From: Malacoraja senta
Taxonomy: Eukaryota
Direction: 5' to 3'
DNA: 64,000 nt
Assembly: GCA_038087875.1 (NCBI GenBank)
Contig: JAXLNO010000252.1
Coordinates: 186,001-250,000, forward strand
The translations under genes were made by a program, and so were the position numbers. Positions 11,395-25,200 of this stretch are shown here, piece by piece (the stretch's first letter is position 1; each line of letters opens with the position of its first letter). The notes under the pieces are model-generated. The model did no database searches. It was not told where the DNA came from and saw only the letters and a program-made list of their open reading frames with translations.

Positions 11395-11665
11395 CGGTGC
11401 AAAGGTGGGGCAGCGCCAGAGACCCGGGTTCGATCCCGACTACAGGTGCTGTCTGTACGGAGTTTGTACGTTCTCTCCGTGACCTGCGTGGTTTTTCTCC
11501 GAGGTCTTCGGTTTTCCTCCCACTCGCCATAGACGTACAGGTTTGTAGGTTAATTGGCCTTGGTGTAAATGTAAATTGTCCCTAGTGTGTGTAGTATAGT
11601 GTTAATGTGCGGGGATCGCTGGTCGGCGCGGACTCCGTGGGCCGAAGGGCCTGTTTCTCAAAACT
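11395..11665 (+). mobile_element. tRNA-derived V-SINE-type element
   Basis: B box GGTTCGATCCC at 11427-11437, a V-domain-like core CTGTACGGAGTTTGTACGTTCTCTCCGTG..TTCCTCCCAC, and a tail ending GGGCCGAAGGGCCTGTTTC. Confidence 0.8.
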
Positions 11666-12705
11666 AAATGTTGGAGTCAAGAGTGATTTATTGCCAAATG
11701 TCCTGAAACAAAGCAATGAAATACTAGCTTGCAGCAGCACACGGCTCTGTAAAACCCAGGATACACACAAACAACATCAGTGTATATAAAAACAAACACA
11801 CATAAATAAATAGAAAATGGTAGTGCAAAGTCAAAAGATGATTTCCCCAAGTTATATAGTTTGGAGTGTATTTGGAGGTTGGAGTGTTTAATGGATGTAT
11901 GGCCGATGAAGATTTCAGGCTCCTGTACCTTCTTCCCGGTGGTAGCAGCGAGATGAGAGCGTGGCCAGGGTGGTGCTGGCTCGAAGGGCCAAATTGTCTA
12001 GTGTCTACAGATGCTGCCTCATCCGCTGAGTTTCTCCACCATTTTGTGTCTATCTTCTATTTTACCAGCATCTGCAGTTCTTTCTTAAACACTAAGGAGA
12101 CCTCCATGGAAAAGTCCATGGGTGCGGGATATCACAGAAAAAAATAGAAAAATAGGCGCAGGAGTAGGCCATTCGACCCTTCAATATGATCATGGCTGAT
12201 CATCCAAAATTAGTACCCCGTTCCTGCTTTTCCCCCATATCCCTTGATTCCATTAGCCCTAAAAGCTTCTTCTCTTCTTGCGTATGGCGTGCACAGCCTA
12301 AAGTTGTTGGACAACTTGTTCTATTTGATCTTATTTGATTGTGCACGCCAGGTTGATTGCATTCGTTGAAACAGGGCGGACCACGTGAAGATTGCAATCT
12401 CACACCCCGCCCTAAGAGCTCTATCTAACTCTCTCTTGAAAACATCCAGTGAATTGGCCTCCACTGCCTCCTGTGCAGAGAATTTCACAGACTCACAATT
12501 TGTTCGGGACCAGTTAGAGACCCTTCTCTAAATAGTCTGAAGAAGTGTCTTGACCAGAAACGTCACCCAAATTACAGAAGCCAATTAACCTACAAACCTG
12601 AGATAGAGACAAAAAGCTGGAGGAACTCAGCGGGACAGGCAGCACCTCTGGAGAGAAGGAATGGGTGACGGTTCGATAGATAGATATAATCAATCAATCA
12701 ATCAA

Positions 12706-13237
12706 TCTCTCTCTCTCCCTCTCCCTCTCCCTCTCCCTCTCCCTCTGCCCACCTCTCCCCACCTCTCCGCCTCTCTCCGCCTCTCTCTCTACCTCTCTCT
12801 CTACCTCTCTCTCTACCTCTCTCTCTTCCTCTCTCTCTACCTCTCTCTCTACCTCTCTCTCTACCTCTCTCTCTACCTCTCTCTACCTCTCTCTCTACCC
12901 CTCTCTCTACCTCTCTCTCTACCTCTCTCTCTACCTCTCTCTCTACCTCTCTCTCTACCTCTCTCTCTACCTCTCTCTCTACCTCTCTCTCTACCTCTCT
13001 CTCTACCTCTCTCTCTACCTCTCTCTCTACCTCTCTCTCTACCTCTCTCTCTACCTCTCTCTCTACCTCTCTCTCTACCTCTCTCTCTACCTCTCTCTCT
13101 CTACCTCTCTCTCTCTCTACCTCTCTCTCTCTCTACCTCTCTCTCTCTACCTCTACCTTTCTCTCTTTCTCTCTTTCTCTCTTTCTCCCTCTACCTCTAC
13201 CTTTCTCTCTTTCTCTCTTTCTCTCTCTCTTCCCCCC
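12706..13237. repeat. CT-rich microsatellite, mostly (CTCTCTCTCTAC)n
   Basis: Read directly; it abuts the start of the satellite array. Confidence 0.97.
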
Positions 13238-16200
13238 CCCTAATTGAAAAGTTGGTTTGAGAATGCTAAGGTTGTCTTGCCTAATTGAAAAGTTGGTTTG
13301 AGAATGCAAAAGTTGACTTGCGTGATTGAAATGTTCGTTTGAGAATGCTTTGCCTAATTCAAAGGTTAATTTGAGAATGCCTTGCCTGATTTTAACGTTG
13401 GTTTGAGAATGCTAAAGTTGCCTTGCCTAATTGAAAAGTTGGTTTGAGAATGCAAAAGTTGCCTTGCATAATTGAAAAGTTGGTTTGAGAATGGCAAAGT
13501 TGCCTTGCCTAATTGAAAAGTTGGTTTGAGAATCCCAAAGTTGCCGTGTTTAATTGAAAAGTTGGTTTGAGAATGCTTTGCCTAATTGAAAAGTCAGTTT
13601 GAGAATGCTAAGGTTGCCTTGCCTAATTGAAAAGTTGGTGTAAGAACGCTTAAGTTGCCTTACCTAACTGAAAAGTTGTTTTGAGAATGCAAAAGTTGCC
13701 TTGCCTATTTGAAAAGTTGTTTTGAGAATGCAAAAGTTGCCTTGCCTAATTGAAAAGTTGGTTTGACAATGCTAAAGTTGCCTTGCCTAATTGAAAAGTT
13801 GGTTTGAGAATGCTTTGCCTAATTGAAAAGTTGATTTGACAATGCCTTGCCTAATTGAAAAGTTGGTTTGAGAATGATAAAGTTGCCTTGCCTAATTGAA
13901 AAGTTGGTTTGAAAATGCAAAAGTTGCCTTGCCTAATTGAAAAGTTGGTTTGAGAATGCAGAAGTTGCCTTGACTAATTGAAAAGTTGGTTTGAGAATGC
14001 AAAAGTTGCCTTGCCTAATTGAAAAGTTGGTTTGAGAATGCTAAGGTTGCCTTGCCTAATTGAAAAGTTAGTTTGAGAATGCTGAGGTTGCCTTGCCTAA
14101 TTGAAAAGTTGGTTTGAGAATGCTAAGGTTGCCTTGCCTAATTGAAAAGTTAGTTTGAGAATGCAAAAGTTGCCTTGCCTGATTGAAATGTTCGTTTGAG
14201 AATGCTTTGCCTAATTGAAAGATTAATTTAAGAATGCCTTGCCTGATTTTAAAGTTGGTTTGAGAATGCTAAAGTTGCCTTGCCTAATTGAAAAGTTGGT
14301 TTGAGAATGCAAAAGTTGCCTTGCCTAATTGAAAAGTTGGTTTAAGAATGCGAAAGTTGCCTTGCCTAATTGAAAAGTTGATTTGAGAATGGCAAAGTTG
14401 CCTTGCCTAATTGAAAAGTTGGTTTGAGAATGCGAAAGTTGCCTTGCCTAATTGAAAAGTTGGTTTGAGAATGCAGAAGTTGCCTTGACTAATTGAAAAG
14501 TTGGTTTGTGAAGGCAAAAGTTGCCTTGCCTAATTGAAAAGTTGGTTTAAGAATGCTGAAGTTGCCTTGCCTAATTGAAAAGTTGGTTTGAGAATACTCA
14601 AGTTGCCTTGCCTAATTGAAAAGTTCGTTTGAGAATGCTCAAGTTGCCTTGCCTAATTGAAAAGTTGGTTTGAGAATTCAAAAGTTGCCTTGCCTAATTG
14701 AAAAGTTGGTTTGAGAATGCTTTGCCTGATTGAAAAGTTGATTTGAGAATGCCTTGCCTAATTGCAAAGTTGGTTTGATAATGCCTTGCCTAATTGAAAA
14801 GTTGGTTTGAAAATGCTAAGATTGCCTTGCCTAATTGAACAGTTGGTTTGAGAATGCTAAGGTTGCCTTGCCTAATTGAAAAGTTGGTTTGAGAATGCAA
14901 AAGTTGCCTTGCGTGATTGAAATGTTCGTTTGAGAATGCTTTGCCTAATTGAAAGGTTAATTTGAGAATGCCTTGCCTGATTTTAAAGTTGGTTTGAGAA
15001 TGCTAAAGTTGCCTTGCCTAATTGAAAAGTTGGTTTGAGAATGCAAAAGTTGCCTTGCCTAATTGAAAAGTTGGTTTGAGAATGCGAAAGTTGCCTTGCC
15101 TAATTGAAAAGTTGGTTTGAGAATGGCAAAGTTGCCTTGCCTAATTGAAAAGTTGGTTTGAGAATGCTAAAGTTGCCTTGCCTTATTGAAAAGTTGGTTT
15201 GAGAATCCCAAAGTTGCCGTGCTTAATTGAAAAGTTGGTTTGAGAATGCTTTACCTAATTGAAAAGTCGGTTTTGAGAATGCTAAGGTTGCCTTGCCTAA
15301 TTGAAAAGTTGGTTTAAGAATGCTTAAGTTGCCTTACCTAATTGAAAAGTTGTTTGGAGAATGCAAAAGTTGCCTTGCCTATTTGAAAAGTTGTTTTGAG
15401 AATGCAAAAGTTGCCTTGCCTAATTGAAAAGTTGGTTTGAGAATGCTAAAGGTGCCTTGCCTAATTGAAAAGTTGGTTTGAGAATGCTTTGCCTAATTGA
15501 AAAGTTGATTTGTCAATGCCTTGCCTAATTGAAAAGTTGGTTTGAGAATGCTAAGGTTGCCTTCCCTAATTGAAAAGTTGGTTTGAGAATGCTAAGGTTG
15601 TCTTGCCTAATTTAAAAGTTGGTTTGAGAATGCTCAGGTTGCCTTTCCTAATTGAAAACTTGGTTTGAGAATGCTAAAGTTGCCTTGCCGAATTGAAAAG
15701 TTGGTTCGAGAATCCTAAAGTTGCCTTGGAAAATTGAAAAGTTGGTTTGAAAATGCAAAAGTTGCCTTGCCTAATTGAAAATTTGGTTTGAGAATGCTAG
15801 TTGCCTTGCCTAATTGAAAAGTTGGTTTCAGAATGCCAAAGATGCCTTGCCAAATTGAAAAGTTAGTTTGAGAATGCTAAAGTTGCCTTTCCTAATTGAA
15901 AAGTTGGTTTGAGAATGCTAAAGTTGACTTGCCTAATTGAAAAGTTGGTTTGAGAATGCAAAAGTTGCCTTGCCTGATTGAAAAGTTTGTTTGAGAAGGC
16001 TTTGACTAATTGAAAGGTTAATTTGAGAATGCCTTGCCTGATTGAAAAGTTGGTTTGAGAATGCTAAAGTTGCCTTGCCTAATTGAAAAGTTGGTTTGAG
16101 GATACAAACATTGCCTTGTCCATTTGAAAAGTTAGTTTGATAATGCAAAAGTTGCCTTGCCTAATTGCAAAGTTGGTTTGAGAATGCCTTGCCTGATTGA

Positions 16201-19200
16201 AAAGTAGGTTTGAGAATGCATTGCCTGATTGAAAAGATGATTTGAGAATGCCTTGCCTAATTGAAAAGTTGGTTTGAAAATTCTAAGGTTGCCTTGCCTA
16301 ATTGAAAAGTTGGTTTGAGAATGCTAAGGTTGCCTTGCCTAATTGAAAAGTTGGTTTGAGAATGCAAGTTGCCTTGCCTGATTGAAATGTTCGTTTGAGA
16401 ATGCTTTGCCTAATTGAAAGGTTAATTTGAGAATGCCTTGCCTGATTGAAAAGTTTGTTTGGGAATGCTAAAGTTGCCTTGCCTAATTGAAAAGTTGGTT
16501 TGAGAATGCAAAGGTTGCCTTGCCTAATTGAAAAGTTGGTTTGAGAATGGCAAAGTTGCCTTGCCTAATTGAAAAGTTGGTTTGAGAATGCTAAAGTTGC
16601 CTTGCCTAATTGAAAAGTTGGTTTGAGAATCCCAAAGTTGCCGTGCTTAATTGAAAAGTTGGTTTGAGAATGCAAACGTTGCCTTGCCTATTTGACATGT
16701 TGGTTTGAGAATGCAAAAGTTGCCTTGCCTAATTGAAAAGTTAATTTGAGAATGCTTTGCCTAATTGAAAAGTTGATTTGAGAATGCCTTGCCTAATTGA
16801 AAAGTTGGATTGAGAATGCTACAGTTGCCATGCCTAATTGAAAAGTTGGTTTCAGAATGCTAAGTTTGCCTTGCCTGTTTGAAAAGTTGGTTTGAGAATG
16901 CTAAAGTTGCCTTGCCTAATTGAAAAGTTGGTTTGAGAATACAAACATTGCCTTGTCTATTTGAAAAGTTAGTTTGAGAATGCAAAAGTTGCCTTGCCTA
17001 ATTGAAAAGTTGATTTGAGAATGATAAAGTTGCCTTGCCTAATTGACAAGTTTGTTTGAAAATGCAAACGTTGCCTTGCCTAATTCAAAAGTTGTTTTGA
17101 GAATGCAGAAGTTGCCTTGACTAATTGAAAAGTTGGTTTGAAAATGCAAAAGTTGCCTTGCCTAATTGAAAAGTTGGTTTGAGAATGCAAAAGTTGCCTT
17201 GCCTAATTGAAAAGTTGGTTTGAGAATGCTTAGGTTGCCTTGCCTAATTGAAAAGTTGGTTTGAGAATGCTTAGGTTGCCTTGCCTAATTGAAAAGTTGG
17301 TTTGAGAATGCTTAGGTTGCCTTGCCTAATTCAAAAGTTGGTTTGAGAATGCTTAGGTTGCCTTGCCTAATTGAAAAGTTGGTTTGAGAATGATAAAGTT
17401 GCCTTGCCTAATTGACAAGTTTGTTTGAAAATGCAAACGTTGCCTTGCCTAATTCAAAAGTTGTTTTGAGAATGCAGAAGTTGCCTTGACTAATTGAAAA
17501 GTTGGTTTGAAAATGCAAAAGTTGCCTTGCCTAATTGAAAAGTTGGTTTGAGAATGCTGAAGTTGCCTTGCCTAATTGAAAAGTTGTTTTGAGAATGCTC
17601 AAGTTGCCTTGCCTACTTGAAAAGTTTGTATGAGAATGCTCAAGTTGCCTTACCTAATTGAAAAGTTGGTTTGAGAATTCAAAAGTTGCCTTGCCTAATT
17701 GAAAATTTGGTTTGAGAACGCTTTGCCTGATTGAAAAGTTGATTTGAGAATGCCTTGCCTAATTGCAAATTTGGTTTGAGAATGCAAAAGTTGCCTTGCC
17801 TAATTGAAAAGTTGGTTTGTGAATGCTTTGCCTAATTGAAAAGTTGATTTGAGAATGCCTTGCCTAATTGAAAAGTTGGTTTGAAAATGCTAAGGTTGCC
17901 TTGCCTAATTGAAAAGTTGGTTTGAGAATGAAAAAGTTGCCTTGCTTAATTGAAAAGTTGGTTTGAGAATGCGAAAGTTGCCTTGCCTCATTGAAAAGTT
18001 GGTTTGAGAATGGCAAAGTTGCCTTGCCTAATTGAAAAGTTTGTTTGAGAATGCGAAAGTTGCCTTGCCTAATTGAAAAGTTGGTTTGAGAATGGCAGTT
18101 GCCTTGCCTAATTGAAAAGTTGGTTTGAGAATGCTAAAGTTGCCTTGCCTAATTGAAAAGTTGGTTTGAGAATCCCAAAGTTGCCGTGCTTAATTGAAAA
18201 GTTGGTTTGAGAATGCTTTGCCTAATTGAAAAGTTGGTTTGAGAATGCTAAAGTTGCCTTGTCTAATTGAAATTTGATTTCAGAATGCCAAAGATGCCTT
18301 GCCTAATTGAAAAGTTGGTTTGAGAATGCTAAAGTTGCCTTACCTAATTGAAAAGTTGTTTTGAGAATGCAAAAGTTGCCTTGCCTATTTGAAAAGTTGT
18401 TTTGAGAATGCAAAAGTTGCCTTGCCTAATTGAAAAGTTGGTTTGAGAATGCTAAAGTTGCCTTGCATAATTGAAAAGTTGGTTTGAGAATGCTTTGCCT
18501 AATTGAAAAGTTGATTTGAGAAGGCCTTGCCTAATTGAAAAGTTGGTTTGAGAATGCTAAGGTTGCCTTGACTAATTGAAAAGTTGGTTTGAGAATGCTA
18601 AGGTTGCCTTGCCTAATTTAAAAGTTGGTTTGAGAATGCTCAGGTTGCCTTTCCTAATTGAAAACTTGGTTTGAGAATGCTAAAGTTGCCTTGCCTAATT
18701 GAAAAGTTGGTTTGAGAATGCTAAAGTTGACTTGCCTAATTGAAAAGGTGGTTTGAGAATGCTTTGCCTAATTGAAAAGTTGATTTGAGAATGCCTTGCC
18801 TAATTGAAAAATTGGATTGAGAATGCTAAGGTTGCCTTGCCTAATTGAAAAGTTGGTTTGAGAATGCTAAGGTTGCCTTGCCTAATTGAAAAGTTGGTTT
18901 GAGATTGCTTAGGTTGCCTTGCCTAATTGAAAAGTTGGTTTGAGAATGCAAAGGTTGCCTTGTCTATTTGAAAAGTTGGTTTGAGAATGCTAAGGTTGCC
19001 TTGCCTAATTGAAAATGTGGTTTGAGAATGATAAAGTTGCCTTGCCTAATTGAAAAGTTGGTTTGAAAATGCAAAAGTTGCCTTGCCTAATTGAAAAGTT
19101 GGTTTGAGAATGCTGAAGTTGCCTTGACTAATTGAAAAGTTGGTTTGAGAATGCTAAAGTTGCCTTGCCTAATTGAAAAGTTGGTTTGAGAATGCAAAAG

Positions 19201-22200
19201 TTGCCATGCCTAATTGAAAGGTTGGTTTGAGAATGCTTTGCCTGATTGTAAAGTTGATTTCAGAATGCCTTGCCTATTTGAAAAGTAAGTTTCAGAATGC
19301 AAAAGTTGCTTTGCCCAATTGAAAAGTTGATTTGAGAATGCCTTGCCTAATTGAAAAGTTGGTTTGAGAATGCTAAGGTTGCCATGCCTAATTGAAAAGT
19401 TGGTTATAGAATGCTAAGGTTGACTTGCCTAATTGAAAAGTTTGTTTGAGAATGATAAATTTTCCTTGCCTAATTGAAAAGTTGGTTTGAGAATGCAAAA
19501 GTTGCCTTGCCTAATTGAAAAGTTGGTTTTAGAATGCTGAAGTTGCCTTGCCTAATTGAAAAGTTTGTTTGAGAATGCTAAAGTTGCCTTGCCTAATTGA
19601 ATAGTTGGTTTGAGACTTCAAAAGTTGCCATGCCTAATTGAAAAGTTGGTTTGAGAATGCTCTGCCTAATTGAAAAGTTGGTTTGAGAATGCTTTGCCTG
19701 ATTGAAAAGTTGATTTCAGAATGCCATGCCTATTTGAAAAGTTGGTTTGAGAATGCTAAGGTTGCCTTTCCTAATTGAAAACTTGGTTTGAGAATGCTAA
19801 AGTTGCCTTGCCTAATTGAAAAGTTGGTTTGAGAATGCTTTGCCTAATTGAAAAGTTGATGTGAGAATGCCTTGCCTAATTGAAAAGTTGGTTTGAAAAT
19901 GCTAAGGTTGCCTTGCCTAATTGAAAAGTTGGTTTGAGAATGCTAAGGTTGCCTTGCCTAATTGAAAAGTTGGTTTGAGAATGCCTTGCCTGATTGAAAA
20001 GTTGGTTTGAGAATGCTAAAGTTGCCTTGCCTTATTGAAAAGTTTGTTTGAGAATGCTAGTTGCCTTGCCTTGCCTAATTGAAAAGTTGGTTTGAGAATG
20101 CTAAAGTTGCCTTGCCTAATTGAAATGTTGATTTCAGAATGCCAAAGATGCCTTGCCAAATTGAAAAGTTGGTTTGAGAATGCTAAAGTTGCCTTGCCTA
20201 ATTGAAAAGTTGGTTTGAGAATGCTAAAGTTGACTTGCCTAATTGAAAAGTTGGTTTGAGTATTCAAAAGTTGCCTTGCCTATTTGAAAAGTTGGTTTGA
20301 GAATGCAAAAGTTGCCTTGCCTGATTGAAAAGTTTGTATGAGAATGCTTTGACTAATTGAAAGGTTAATTTGAGAATGCCTTGCCTGATTGAAAAGTTGG
20401 TTTGAGAATGCTAAAGTTGCCTTGCCTAATTGATAAGTTGGTTTGAGAATGCTTTGCCTAATTGAAAAGTTGATTTGAGAATGCCTTGCCAAATTGAAAA
20501 GTTGGTTTGAGAATGCTAAGGTTGCCTTTCCTAATTGAAAACTTGGTTTGAGAATGCTAAAGTTGCCTTGCCTAATTGAAAAGTTGGTTTGAGAATACAA
20601 ACATTGCCTTGTCTATTTGAAAAGTTAGTTTGATAATGCAAAAGTTGCCTTGCCTAATTGAAAAGGTGGCTTGAGAATGCTTTGCCTAATTGAAAAGTTG
20701 ATTTGAGAATGCCTTGCCTAATTGAAAAATTGGATTGAGAATGCTAAGGTTGCCTTGCCTAATTGGAAAGTTGGTTTGAGAATGCTAAGGTTGCCTTGCC
20801 TAATTGAAAAGTTGGTTTGAGAATGCTTAGGTTGCCTTGCCTAATTGAAAAGTTGGTTTGAGAATGCAAAGGTTGCCTTGTCTATTTGAAAAGATGGTTT
20901 GAGAATGCTAAGGTTGCCTTGCCTAATTGAAAAGGTGGTTTAAGAATGATAAAGTTGCCTTGCCTAATTGAAAAGTTGGTTTGAAAATGCAAAAGTTGCC
21001 TTGCCTAATTGAAAAGTTGGTTTGAGAATGCTGAAGTTGCATTGACTAATTGAAAAGTTGGTTTGAGAATGCTAAAGTTGCCTTGCCTAATTGAAAAGTT
21101 GGTTTGAGAATGCAAAAGTTGCCTTGCCTAATTGAAAGGTTGGTTTGAGAATGCTTTCCCTGATTGTAAAGTTGATTTCAGAATGCCTTGCCTATTTGAA
21201 AAGTATGTTTCAGAATGCAAAAGTTGCTTTGCCCAATTGAAAAGTTGATTTGAGAATGCCTTGCCTAAGTGAAAAGTTGTTGAGAATGCTAAGGTTGCCT
21301 TGCCTAATTGAAAAGTTGGTTAGAGAATCCTAAGGTTGCCTTGCCTAATTGAAAAGTTGGTTTGAGAATGATAAATTTGCCTTGCCTAATTGAAAAGTTG
21401 GTTTGAGAATGCAAAAGTTGCCATGCTTAATTGAAAAGTTGGTTTGAGAATGCTTTGCCTGATTGAAAAGTTGATTTCAGAATGCCATGCCTATTTGAAA
21501 AGTTGGTTTGAGAATGCAAAAGTTGCCATGCCTAATTGAAAAGTTGGTTTGAGAATGCTTTGCCTAATTGAAAAGTTGATTTGAGAATGCCTTGCCTAAT
21601 TGAAAAGTTGGTTTGAAAATGCTAAGGTTGCCTTGCCTAATTGAAAAGTTGGTTTGAGAATGCTAAGGCTGCCTTTTCTAATTGAAAAGTTGGTTTGAGA
21701 ATGCCTTGCCTGATTGAAAAGTTGGTTTGAGAATGCTAAAGTTGCCTTGCCTTATTGAAAAGTTTGTTTGAGAATGCTAAAGTTGCCTTGCCTTGCCTAA
21801 TTGAAAAGTTGGTTTGAGAATGCTAAAGTTGCCTTGCCTAATTGAAAAGTTGATTTCAGAATGCCAAAGATGCCTTGCCAAATTGAAAAGTTGGTTTGAG
21901 AATGCTAAAGCTGCCTTGCCTAATTGAAAAGTTGGTTTGAGAATGCTAAAGTTGACTTGCCTAATTGAAAAGTTGGTTTGAGAATTCAAAAGTTGCCTTG
22001 CCTATTTGAAAAGTTGGTTTGAGAATGCAAAAGTTGCCTTGCCTGATTGAAAGGTTTGTTTGAGAATGTTTTGACTAATTGAAAGGTTAATTTGAGAATG
22101 CCTTGCCTGATTGAAAAGTTGGTTTGAGAATGCTAAGGTTGCCTTGCCTAATTGAAAAGTTGGTTTGAGAATGCTAAGGTTGCCTTGCCTAATTGAAAAG

Positions 22201-25200
22201 TTGGTTTGAGAATGCTTAGGTTGCCTTGTCTATTTGAAAAGTTGGTTTGAGAATGCTAAGGTTGCCTTGCCTAATTGAAAAGGTGGTTTGAGAATGATAA
22301 AGTTGCCCAATTGAAAAGTTGGTTTGCGAATGCAGAAGTTGCCTTGACTAATTGAAAAGTTGGTTTGAGAATGCTCAAGTTGCCTTGCCTAATTGAAAAG
22401 TTCATTTGAGAATGCTCAAGTTGCCTTGCCTAATTGAAAAGTTGGGTTGAGAATTCAAAAGTTGCCTTGCCTAATTGAAAAGTTGGTTTGAGAATGCTTT
22501 GCCTGATTGAAAAGTTGATTTCAGAATGCCATGCCTATTTGAAAAGTTGGTTTGAGAATGCAAAAGTTGCCATGCCTAATTGAAAAGTTGGTTTGAGAAT
22601 GCTTTGCCTAATTGAAAAGTTGATTTGAGAATGCCTTGCCTAATTGAAAAGTTGGTTTGAAAATGCTAAGGTTGCCTTGCCTAATTGAAAAGTTGGTTTG
22701 AGAATGCTAAGGTTGCCTTTTCTAATTGAAAAGTTGGTTTGAGAATGCCTTGCCTGATTGAAAAGTTGGTTTGAGAATGCTAAGGTTGCCTTGCCTTATT
22801 GAAAAGTTTGTTTGAGAATGCTAAAGTTGCCTTGCCTTGCCTAATTGAAAAGTTGGTTTGAGAATGCTAAAGTTGCCTTGCCTAATTGAAAAGTTGATTT
22901 CAGAATGCCAAAGATGCCTTGCCAAATTGAAAAGTTGGTTTGAGAATTCAAAAGTTGCCTTGCCTATTTGAAAAGTTGGTTTGAGAATGCAAAAGTTGCC
23001 TTGCCTGATTGAAAAGTTTGTTTGAGAATGCAGAAGTTGCCTTGACTAATTGAAAAGTTGGTTTGAGAATGCTCAAGTTGCCTTGCCTAATTGAAAAGTT
23101 TGTTTGAGAATGCTCAAGTTGCCTTGCCTAATTGAAAAGTTGGGTTGAGAATTCAAAAGTTGCCTTGCCTAATTGAAAAGTTGGTTTGAGAATGCTTTGC
23201 CTGATAGAAAAGTTGATTTGAGAATGCCTTGCCTAATTGCAAAGTTGGTTTGAGAATGCAAAAGTTGCCTTGCCTAATTGAAAAGTTGGTTTGTGAATGC
23301 TTTGCCTAATTGAAAAGTTGATTTGAGAATGCCTTGCCTAATTGAAAAGAAGGTTTGAAAATGCTAAGGTTGCCTTGCCTAATTGAAAAGTTGGTTTGAG
23401 AATGCTAAAGTTGCCTTGCCTAATTGAAAAGTTGATTTCAGAATGCCAAAGATGCCTTGCCAAATTGAAAAGTTGGTTTGTGAATGCTAAAGTTGCCTTG
23501 CCTAATTGAAAAGTTGGTTTGAGAATGCTAAAGTTGACTTGCCTAATTGAAAAGTTGGTTTGAGAATGCTAAGGTTGCCTTGCCTAATTGAAAAGTTGGT
23601 TTGAGAATGCAAAAGTTGCCTTGCCTGATTGAAATGTTCGTTTGAGAATGCTTTGCTTAATTGAAAGGTTAATTTGAGAATGCCTTGCCTGATTGAAAAG
23701 TTGGTTTGAGAATGCTAAAGTTGCCTTGCCTAATTGAAAAGTTGGTTTGAGAATGCAAAAGTTGCCTTGCCTAATTGAAAAGTTGGTTTGAGAATGCGAA
23801 AGTTGCCTTGCCTAATTCAAAAGTTGGTTTGAGAATGGCAAAGTTGCCTTGCCTAATTGAAAAGTTGGTTTGAGAATGCGAAAGTTGCCTTGCCTAATTG
23901 AAAAGTTGGTTTGAGAATGCTAAAGTTGCCTTGCCTAATTGAAAAGTTGGTTTGAGAATCCCAAAGTTGCCGTGCTTAATTGAAAAGTTGGTTTGAGAAT
24001 GCTTTGCCTAATTGTAAAGTTGGTTTGAGAATTCTAAGGTTGCCTTGCCTAATTGAAAAGTTGGTTTGAGAATGCTAAAGTTGCCTTACCTAATTAAAAA
24101 GTTGTTTTGAGAATGCAAAAGTTGCCTTGTCTATTTGAAAAGTTGTTTTGAGAATGCAAAAGTTGCCTTGCCTAATTGAAAAGTTGGTTTGAGAATGCTA
24201 AAGTTGCCTTGCCTAATTGAAAAGTTGGTTTGAGAATGCTTTGCCTAATTGAAAAGTTGATTTGAGAATGCCTTGCCTAATTGAAAAGTTGGTTTGAGAA
24301 TGCTAAGGTTGCCTTGACTAATTGAAAAGTTGGTTTGAGAATGCTAAGGTTGCCTTGCCTAATTTAAAAGTTGGTTTGAGAATGCTCAGGTTGCCTTTCC
24401 TAACTGAAAACTTGGTTTGAGAATGCTAAAGTTGCCTTGCCTAATTGAAAAGTTGGTTTGAGAATGCTAAAGTTGACTTGCCTAATTGAAAAGTTGGTTT
24501 GAGAATTCAAAAGTTGCCTTGCCTATTTGAAAAGTTGGTTTGAGAATGCAAAAGTTGCCTTTCCTAATTGAAAAGGTGGTTTGAGAATGCTTTGACTAAT
24601 TGAAAGGTTAATTTGAGAATGCCTTGCCTAATTGAAAAATTGGATTGAGAATGCTAAGGTTGCCTTGCCTAATTGAAAAGTTGGTTTGAGAATGCTAAGG
24701 TTGCCTTGCCTAATAGAAAAGTTGGTTTGAGAATGCAAAAGTTGCCTTGTCTATTTGAAAAGTTGGTTTGAGAATGCTAAGGTTGCCTTGCCTAATTGAA
24801 AAGGTGGTTTGAGAATGATAAAGTTGCCTTGCCTAATTGAAAAGTTGGTTTGAAAATGCAAAAGTTGCCTTGCCTAATTGAAAAGTTGGTTTGAGAATGC
24901 TGAAGTTGCCTTGCCTAATTGAAAAGTTGGTTAGAGAATGCTAAGGTTGCCTTGCCTAATTGAAAAGTTGGTTTGAGAATGATAAATTTGCCTTGCCTAA
25001 TTGAAAAGTTGGTTTGAGAATGCTTTGCCTAATTGAAAAGTTGGTTTGAGAATGCTTTGCCTGATTGAAAAGTTGATTTCAGAATGCCATGCCTATTTGA
25101 AAAGTTGGTTTGAGAATGCAAAAGTTGCCATGCCTAATTGAAAAGTTGGTTTGAGAATGCTTTGCCTAATTGAAAAGTTGATTTGAGAATGCCTTGCCTA

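Noticed and set aside
11395..11445. tRNA gene
   Set aside because: Only a B box within a SINE head; no cloverleaf.
12661..13260. 199-aa Leu/Ser/Pro ORF
   Set aside because: Translation of the CT microsatellite.
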